DNA of 32,000 nucleotides from Candidatus Nitrosopumilus koreensis AR1 (GTDB lineage Archaea; Thermoproteota; Nitrososphaeria; Nitrososphaerales; Nitrosopumilaceae): NCBI RefSeq assembly GCF_000299365.1, contig NC_018655.1, positions 390,001 to 422,000 of the forward strand, read 5' to 3'. Shown piece by piece: positions 26,307 to 32,000 of this stretch (position 1 is its first letter; each line of letters starts with the position of its first letter). The notes under the pieces were generated by a model. It saw only the letters and a program-made list of their open reading frames with translations, ran no database searches and was not told where the DNA came from. The position numbers and the translations under genes were made by a program.

Positions 26307-26492
26307 ATGCATTTATCATATGTTATGATTATCATTACACTTTTTTCTACTATGATTCCTGCATTTGGACAAATTACTCATGATGATTGTGAACATCTGT
26401 CTAATGTCCTTGATGAATCTTTTTTGAAATGGTGTCTTGATTTTTTTGAATACAAATGGAATAGTGGCGAACAATTTGCAAGACTGCGATAG
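26307..26492 (+). pseudogene. Remnant of a DUF1724-like regulator paralogue (only the 3' tail is homologous)
   Basis: C-terminal FLKWCLDFFEYKWNSGEQFARLR matches FLDWCVSFFEYKWNTGEMFARLR at the end of 22073-22666. The nucleotide similarity continues past the stop codon. The N-terminal part of the ORF is unrelated. Confidence 0.6.
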
Positions 26493-26555
26493 ATGTTGAA
26501 TAGTGAACAAGATTGTTTAGTTCTTCTTTAATACCTAACTGCTTTCAAACTGTTA

Positions 26556-27980
26556 ATGAAATCTCTGTTGCTTCTAATTACTACAGTTATTTTATTTACT
26601 GTTTCAGGAAATGCATTTGCATTATCATTACCTGTAACTAATTACAGTTTTGAAGATCCTGTATTGGAGGATGGTGAAAGTATTTCTCCCATACCTGGAT
26701 GGACAAATGATGGTGTTACTTCATTTATACTAAATCCAGTTGGAGAAAGTCCTCTTGATGGCAATAATTATGCGCTGATTAAGGAAGGTGGTTCATTTCT
26801 GAAACAAACGGTTTCCACTGTTGAACCAAATAAACAATATGTTTTAACTGCAGACGTATCTGATCAAAGCTCTTCTATTACAGATTATCCTTTTGTTCAA
26901 TTAAGAATTTCAAATGGAGTTGATGCTGTCACTGTGGGGTATGTGATAACAACTAGTGTTTTTCAAACCATTACTGCAACATGGAATAGCTCTACCTCTG
27001 GCTCATCAATAGGCAATCCTATTGAGATTTCTATTGGTTCTGTCAGTGGAGGTGATTTTGCATTAGATAATGTACGGTTTGATGTTTTTGATATTGATGT
27101 AGATACTGACAATGATGGCATAGGTGACTCTGTTGATAATTGTCCAACAGTATCTAATCCAGACCAATCAGATTCTGATGGTGATGGGATAGGAGATTTG
27201 TGCGATGAACCAATTGATAATATTGGAAATACTTCAGTAACTGCAACACTATTGCCTAATGGCGATATTGATGTTGTGTATGGTGATCCTGATGGAATTT
27301 CAAATGTAAAATTCCTCACAGGCCGTGCTGTTAGTACTACTTTTGGTTTTTGTGACACTTTACTCGATGATTATTGGGGATCATTGTCTGATTCCGTTGT
27401 TTTAACTATCGAAGATTGTGTTGATGGTGTAGATCCGGTAAGAACTGATGGAGGAATAAGTGGTGATATAACAAAGTGGCAAGTTGATCTTGATGGAACT
27501 GTAACATGTCTTGAAGGTTCTTGTTTGCCTGAACAGCCAGGACCTCCATCTACTCCTGGTAATGGTAATGGAAACAGCAATCCTCCAGCAAATCCCGGAA
27601 TACCTGAAGAAATACCTGGCAAAGGAAACTCGCCATTCTTAGTTCAAACCTATCACATAATATTGGATGAACCAATAACTTGTACAAGTATTAGTGGAGA
27701 TGTATTCATTACAGATTTTAATGCAGATTTTAGACAAACAGGATTTGATGACCTAGCAATTGATCTTACTCTGGATGCAGAAATCTTTAGACTGTCTGGT
27801 TTTTTGGATCCAACAGAGTACTCGTTTACAACAACTTATGATTCTAAACGTGGACTTATTTCCATGCTTGGTACAATAAATGAGGGTGTTTCAGGCGCTG
27901 TTAATATGGATATTTTTGTTAATAGCTTGAATGCAGTCTGTACTGGAGACTCATCGTTTACAGGACTAGAAGTCCCTTAA
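26556..27980 (+). CDS. Secreted protein: N-terminal jelly-roll/CBM-like domain, thrombospondin type-3 repeats, Pro/Gly/Asn linker, C-terminal unknown domain
   Basis: Signal peptide [31 protein letters not shown]...IPGWTN and FALDNVRF, which are DUF642/CBM-like edges. [56 protein letters not shown] linker. Confidence 0.8.
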   Translation: MKSLLLLITTVILFTVSGNAFALSLPVTNYSFEDPVLEDGESISPIPGWTNDGVTSFILNPVGESPLDGNNYALIKEGGSFLKQTVSTVEPNKQYVLTADVSDQSSSITDYPFVQLRISNGVDAVTVGYVITTSVFQTITATWNSSTSGSSIGNPIEISIGSVSGGDFALDNVRFDVFDIDVDTDNDGIGDSVDNCPTVSNPDQSDSDGDGIGDLCDEPIDNIGNTSVTATLLPNGDIDVVYGDPDGISNVKFLTGRAVSTTFGFCDTLLDDYWGSLSDSVVLTIEDCVDGVDPVRTDGGISGDITKWQVDLDGTVTCLEGSCLPEQPGPPSTPGNGNGNSNPPANPGIPEEIPGKGNSPFLVQTYHIILDEPITCTSISGDVFITDFNADFRQTGFDDLAIDLTLDAEIFRLSGFLDPTEYSFTTTYDSKRGLISMLGTINEGVSGAVNMDIFVNSLNAVCTGDSSFTGLEVP

Positions 27981-28270
27981 CTTTTTCATTTGAATATTTA
28001 CTTTAGACTGCAAGAGTATGACGTCCTTAAGGGGAATTTCCTAATTGGTTTGAAACTCTGTTTGAAACTAATCTATTAAGATTCAAATCTGCCTCAAGAT
28101 CTTTATACGTAATATTGGGCATAAATAATAGACATAAAGAATCTTTTTGTGCATAAATAATTTTAGGAAAAAATTTCAGAAAGAAATATTGTAAACATTA
28201 TTTCGAATAAACATTCGGAATAAACAAACTTGTTTACAAATGATCTCTCTTTAACTCCTTAATCTGTGTA

Positions 28271-28639
28271 TTATTTTCTTAAAACATATTTCCAACTTTT
28301 TTCTTCTTTAATTCGGTTGAGCAATTTCTGTTTTAGTGTCAAATCCACTGATAATGCTTTAGAAATTGATGGATTGGGATAATGATATCCCTCCCTTTTT
28401 AATTCTGTTACGATTTCATTCAAAGCCTTTGGATAATTAAAAAAACCATTTCCGATTAACAATCTTAGACCTCCTCTTAATCCTGTATGTTTGGTCTCTT
28501 TTTTGTACTTTTTTTCTTGAAAAACCTCTTTTTCCAATTTACTGACTCTTCTCTCTAATTCTTCGAATCTGTCTTCATTCATGTATGATCTAGGCATATC
28601 TAGTAAATTAATGTTATTCATATTATGTTTACCCAACAA
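28271..28639 (-). CDS. Small winged-helix-like protein (GLRGG...WKYVLRK family, copy 1)
   Basis: The probable start is ATG at 28621 (the track uses TTG 28639). The C-terminal about 70 aa is paralogous to the 29509-29838 ORF. Coiled-coil N-terminus. Confidence 0.6.
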   Translation of the reverse strand: MLGKHNMNNINLLDMPRSYMNEDRFEELERRVSKLEKEVFQEKKYKKETKHTGLRGGLRLLIGNGFFNYPKALNEIVTELKREGYHYPNPSISKALSVDLTLKQKLLNRIKEEKSWKYVLRK

Positions 28640-28916
28640 ACTTTTGATAAAATAATGTGACTAAGAATTTGATATTTTTAGAAAGTAACTGCTATCTTTT
28701 CTAATTTGATAATTTTTACCTTTATTACTTTATATAGTAAATATTTTTTATTAGAAATGATTTCTATGCTAAGTTTTTTTTATAGGCGTTTTGTAATGTC
28801 AATTATTTGTAAGGTACATAACATATGAATAAAAATAATTTCCTCTTCTAAATATAGGCGTAAAAAAGAATATTACTAATAACAACGTTTTTAAAGTAAC
28901 AATATGAATCACTAAT

Positions 28917-29519
28917 ATGGCTAACGGGCTAAAGGTGGAACTTGACGTAGATGTAAAAAAAATTAGAGAGTTAATTGACTATGCAAAAAAATCAGTTGAA
29001 AATGAAGATGATGAACTAATCAAAAATGAATCATACAAAATCATTCTAAAATTATTACTTGATAGATATTTATCTTCAGAATCCATCCCACAAGGAGCAC
29101 CAAAAATTGGTAGTAATTTAACAAAAAAACAAAATGAATTAGCTAACTTATGTTCAATTACAATCTCTGAATTGTATGATGTTTTTAAGTTTCAAGACAG
29201 CTCTGTGAATTTGGTTGCTGCTATTCAAGGAAGTGACTCTTTCAAACATCTTGTGGGTACACAATGTTATCTTGCTGCATTGGAAGTTGTATATGAAAAA
29301 GATTGGGTAAGTTCTAACGATGTTACTGAATGTATGAGATCTATGGGTGTCAAAGATTTATCTAATCTTGCTACAAACCTCAAAAAACATTCGGACATTT
29401 TTAGAATTAGTGGCACACGTGGTCATAACAAATACAAATTGACTAGCGGTATGGGTAGAAAATCTGCTTTTGATTTTATTCATAAATTAGGTAAAGGTGA
29501 AAGTTTACATGAAAATTAG
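28917..29519 (+). CDS. Two-domain protein: N-terminal helical domain + C-terminal winged-helix-like domain (paralogue A)
   Basis: Aligns along its length with 29866-30459. ESYKIILKLLLDRYL aligns with EAFKIILNNLSNTTL. NLATNLKKHSDIFRISGTRGHNKYKLTSGMGRKSAFDFI aligns with NLSTTLQKKKYHEFIISKGKGKSKEYRITTKGIQKAFETL. Confidence 0.65.
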   Translation: MANGLKVELDVDVKKIRELIDYAKKSVENEDDELIKNESYKIILKLLLDRYLSSESIPQGAPKIGSNLTKKQNELANLCSITISELYDVFKFQDSSVNLVAAIQGSDSFKHLVGTQCYLAALEVVYEKDWVSSNDVTECMRSMGVKDLSNLATNLKKHSDIFRISGTRGHNKYKLTSGMGRKSAFDFIHKLGKGESLHEN

Positions 29520-29838
29520 AATCCAACTAATTGATGATGCTGGTGTGGAACATTCAGGTGAAATTGAATTAAAATCAACTACTGTTTACTAAAAAAAAAT
29601 CCAAAAAAAACAATCATTTAATGATTATTCTGGATTAAAAGGTGGAATTAATTTTCTCATAGATCATAATTTCTTTGATCAATTAAAATCCTCTAAAGAT
29701 GTTAACGAAGAATTGAAAAAGGAAAATTATTTTCATACTATTCAATCTGTTGATAAAAGATTGAGGTTTTTGGTATCCTCTAAAATACTTACGCGGATCA
29801 GGGATGAAGGTAAATGGAAGTATGCTTTAAGAAAATAA
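29509..29838 (+). pseudogene. Small winged-helix-like protein copy 2, interrupted by an in-frame TAA
   Basis: ATG 29509 overlaps the end of the upstream gene by 11 nt. There is an in-frame TAA at 29590-29592. Downstream, in the same frame, KKIQKKQSFNDYSGLKGGINFLIDHNFF...ILTRIRDEGKWKYALRK aligns with KKYKKETKHTGLRGGLRLLIGNGFF...LLNRIKEEKSWKYVLRK of copy 1. Confidence 0.6.
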
Positions 29839-29865
29839 TAATAAATGATGGTGTGAAAAATTAAC

Positions 29866-30459
29866 ATGGACAAAATTGATGAAATTAAACAGAATATTGC
29901 AATTGCTATAGAATCCACTCAATCTATTGAGGATGAGAAATATCGTATAGAGGCTTTTAAGATAATTTTGAATAATCTGTCAAATACCACCTTGAAAACA
30001 GGCTCAGGAACAGGCTCAGGAACAGGCTCAGGAACAGGCTCAGGAACAGGCTCAGGAACAGGCTCAGGAACAGGCTATGATGATGACCTTTTGAGTATAT
30101 TATCTGAAAAAAGTGGATTGGACAAAGAATCTTTATTGAATGTTTTAACATTTGAAAAAAATCAATTAATTTTACTTAGAGTAAAAGGTGATTCTATAGC
30201 TGACCAATACTTCTATTGTTCATTAATGATTCTTGCATTTTGGAAAATTTGTAAAAATATGGACTATGTTTCAAATGTGAAACTTGGCTTTCCAATGTCT
30301 AGATATGGAATCAATACAAGGAATTTGTCTACTACATTACAAAAAAAGAAGTATCATGAGTTCATTATTTCAAAAGGAAAAGGAAAATCAAAAGAGTATC
30401 GTATTACGACTAAAGGAATCCAAAAAGCTTTTGAAACTCTTTCTGAACTTTCACAATAG
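29866..30459 (+). CDS. Two-domain helical + winged-helix-like protein (paralogue B) with (GSGT)6 linker
   Basis: See the paralogue A alignment. The linker between the domains is replaced by a perfect repeat. Confidence 0.65.
   Translation: MDKIDEIKQNIAIAIESTQSIEDEKYRIEAFKIILNNLSNTTLKTGSGTGSGTGSGTGSGTGSGTGSGTGYDDDLLSILSEKSGLDKESLLNVLTFEKNQLILLRVKGDSIADQYFYCSLMILAFWKICKNMDYVSNVKLGFPMSRYGINTRNLSTTLQKKKYHEFIISKGKGKSKEYRITTKGIQKAFETLSELSQ
30001..30076 (+). repeat. Perfect 12-nt tandem repeat ggctcaggaaca x 6 (+ggct), in-frame, encoding (GSGT)6
   Basis: Six identical units at 30001-30072 plus 4 nt of a seventh. The antisense ORF 29957-30151 (LFLS repeats) is its shadow. Confidence 0.95.
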
Positions 30460-30461
30460 AA

Positions 30462-30965
30462 ATGACTCTCGATTCAAAAATAATTGTATCACAATTAAAT
30501 AAATTAGGCGTAAGTAAAAGTCTTCTCAACAATTGGTTGGATGAATACAAAAAAATTAAAAATGAATTTCTAAAACAACAATGGAATACTTGTATTTCAA
30601 ACTGTGGTCTTTTCTCTGAGTATACTGTCGCAATATTGAAAGAACTATATGAACAATCTCCGATAAATCAAAATAATATTCATTTTGATAATTTTTATAA
30701 AGATTGTATACAAAAATCTAAACCTAATCCTGAAGATGAAATATTGTTATTAGCTGTTCCACATGCGGCAAAAACAATTTACACAATTCGTAATAAAAAA
30801 AAAGGTGCACACGTGAAAGCTATTGATCCTGATTATGTTGATAGTTTATTTGTAACTTCTCTTTCAGATTATATTCTTTCCCAATTTGTCTTGTTAAAAT
30901 GTAAAGGTACTCAAAATGATGTTGCAAATTTAATTCAAAATATTATAGAAAAAAAATTCCTTTAG
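30462..30965 (+). CDS. Helical protein with HEPN-like Rx6H motif, apparently truncated at an A8 run
   Basis: Starts 2 nt after the upstream stop. TIRNKKKGAHV (30789-30812) fits the HEPN Rx4-6H pattern with a polar residue after the R. The ORF ends 9 nt after the run a49-a56 (30949-30956), while the -1 frame stays open into the next ORF. Confidence 0.5.
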   Translation: MTLDSKIIVSQLNKLGVSKSLLNNWLDEYKKIKNEFLKQQWNTCISNCGLFSEYTVAILKELYEQSPINQNNIHFDNFYKDCIQKSKPNPEDEILLLAVPHAAKTIYTIRNKKKGAHVKAIDPDYVDSLFVTSLSDYILSQFVLLKCKGTQNDVANLIQNIIEKKFL

Positions 30966-31027
30966 TTGAAGAATTTGAAGATGGAACAATAATCATTCAT
31001 AGAAAATTAAAAAATCCTGATCAAATT

Positions 31028-31225
31028 TTGATAACTCTCTATGTAAAAGGTAAACGTATGACTAAAAATGAATTAATTTCTACACTTCAAATGAGTTATG
31101 AGCAATTAGCCACTTCTGCCTTGAGAAGTTTAAAACAAAAAAATTTTGTACATGAAAGTGATTCAGGTTATGTAATAACACGTTCAGGAATAGATAAAGT
31201 TGAAAAAATTGTTCAAAACATATGA
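31028..31225 (+). CDS. Winged-helix (MarR-like) segment, probably the C-terminal part of the 30462 gene
   Basis: MTKNELISTLQMSYEQLATSALRSLKQKNFVHESDSGYVITRSGIDKV is wHTH-like. This frame is open back to 30920 and has no ATG before 31058. One extra A in the A8 run, or a -1 slip, would fuse it to 30462-30956. Confidence 0.5.
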   Translation: MITLYVKGKRMTKNELISTLQMSYEQLATSALRSLKQKNFVHESDSGYVITRSGIDKVEKIVQNI

Positions 31226-31404
31226 TCTGCTTTAAACAACATCTTTCTATAATCCACGTTTTTGTATATCACTATACTGAACTTTAACCTGGGATCTTCT
31301 TTTTCAACCGTTATAAGCACTCAGACGGTCGGATTAGTTTTGATAATAGTCTGAATCTCTCATATAGATTACAATGTTAATTCAAATTTCTTCAAAAAAG
31401 AGTC

Positions 31405-31868
31405 ATCGATATCCATCTTTTATCATCTAGATGGTATCATCGATGGTATTTTCATCATCTTTGATAGAATTAGCCTTGATTTTACCGATGGTATTTTCTT
31501 AATCAATGATAACAAAAGATACTATCTTCTTACATTTTTTTATCATCTTTTTTGCATCTATAGGTACGATGAAAAAAATTCACGCCTAACAATTTTTCCA
31601 TCCTTCTAAAAGATGGCAAAAGATAGAAAAATTATTTATAAAAAATTCAAAATAATTTATAAATTATTTTTTTGATTCAAAACATGAAATTTTGTTTATA
31701 TTCATCATTTCATAGGTGGTCTAATCTTGATTCATCTTTTGCTTATCTATGCCCAAAAGATACTATTTTCATCTCATCGATACCATCCCATCGATGAAAT
31801 CCGTCTTTTTTGTATCTTTTTTTATCGATACCATTGATGAAAAAGATGTCCATCGATAACGTATCGAT
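31405..31868. repeat. Iteron-like array: seven ATCGAT sites and ATGGTAT boxes in opposed orientation flanking an AT-only core
   Basis: ATCGAT at 31405, 31439, 31776, 31790, 31824, 31852, 31863. ATGGTAT on the plus strand at 31431, 31443, 31488, and as ATACCAT at 31780 and 31828. cgatggtattttc is exact at 31441-31453 and 31486-31498. Confidence 0.45.
31649..31670. repeat. 22-bp perfect A/T-only palindrome aaaataatttataaattatttt
   Basis: The sequence equals its own reverse complement. It lies in the centre of the ORF-free region between the two box arrays. Confidence 0.9.
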
Positions 31869-32000
31869 GGAATAATGCCTTGATTTTTTATAAATTAATT
31901 TTTGCGAGTTTCTTTGAAAATACTTTTCTAAAGAAATCTTCTCCAAGATCTTCAAAGTATTGTATGACCATTTTATCCAAGTCTGGCTTGATTGCTTCAT
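31743..32000 (-). CDS. ORF running off the window edge, doubtful
   Basis: Open to position 32000. Its C-terminal third overlaps the ATCGAT boxes, which generate the repeated ID dipeptides, so at least that part may be non-coding. Confidence 0.25.
   Translation of the reverse strand: MKQSSQTWIKWSYNTLKILEKISLEKYFQRNSQKLIYKKSRHYSIDTLSMDIFFINGIDKKRYKKDGFHRWDGIDEMKIVSFGHR

Noticed and set aside
26963-27622. Minus-strand ORFs 26963-27358 and 27371-27622
   Set aside because: Shadows inside the 26556-27980 secreted-protein gene, with Pro/Ser/Gly-rich composition mirroring its TSP3 and GNGN linker regions.
28078-28105. tRNA-like T-loop fragment aagattcaaatctgcc, which could mark a tRNA-derived att site
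   Set aside because: The flanking bases do not pair into a T-stem in any register. No acceptor or anticodon arm can be drawn. No second copy exists in the window (only 8-nt chance matches near 31380).
28781-28861. tataggcgt repeated at 28781-28789 and 28853-28861 in the divergent promoter region of the island (a similar ttaggcgta lies inside the 30462 gene), as a possible operator
   Set aside because: Only 9 nt, two copies, with no dyad symmetry. It may be real but cannot be separated from chance by eye.
20593-30076. Tandem repeats (2 x 25 nt at 20593, 6 x 12 nt at 30001) considered as CRISPR-like arrays
   Set aside because: There are no unique spacers between the units. The first is a simple duplication and the second an in-frame coding minisatellite. 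No cas genes are present.
29957-30151. 64-aa minus-strand ORF with (LFLS)n
   Set aside because: Antisense reading of the perfect 12-nt repeat.

Overview
AT-rich window that reads like a marine ammonia-oxidising thaumarchaeon (Nitrosopumilus-like). This is inferred from a PEFG-type C-terminal sorting signal, several copper proteins, and TATA-like boxes about 24 nt upstream of start codons (leaderless style). No database search was possible, and all product calls rest on motifs read by eye from the ORF track and the DNA. Left to right: (i) The 3' part of a REC response regulator and a convergent wHTH-like protein. (ii) A tightly coupled exopolysaccharide operon at 1362-6976: nucleotide-sugar dehydrogenase-like, NodB-like, HAS/NodC-like processive GT2, and a large secreted CE4-type deacetylase. 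(iii) A surface/copper block: cupredoxin with a PEFG C-terminus, a secreted GCLIATA-motif protein, DUF302, and a galactose-oxidase-like copper radical oxidase plus tyrosinase operon. (iv) A decayed accessory stretch at 12.9-16.7 kb, with an EEP nuclease pseudogene (two in-frame stops, one frameshift) and orphan ORFs. (v) My top candidate for a novel system, at 17187-20530: a translationally coupled pair of an unrecognisable 295-aa protein and a helical-repeat/CHAT caspase-like protease with an intact His/Cys dyad. The layout resembles protease-activated effector modules. (vi) An ArsR-like wHTH regulator and an HTH-less paralogue, followed by two very large secreted thrombospondin-type-3-repeat proteins. 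Their upstream regions, including a regulator 3' tail, are a decayed segmental duplication. (vii) At 28.2-32.0 kb, an even more AT-rich island. It holds paralogous small winged-helix proteins (a duplicated two-gene module), one carrying a perfect (GSGT)6 repeat. It also holds a HEPN-like Rx6H protein broken at an A8 run, an in-frame-stop pseudogene, and an ORF-poor iteron-like region. That region has ATCGAT/ATGGTAT boxes in inverted arrays around a 22-bp AT palindrome and looks like an origin or recombination site of an integrated element. I found no rRNA, tRNA or CRISPR array.
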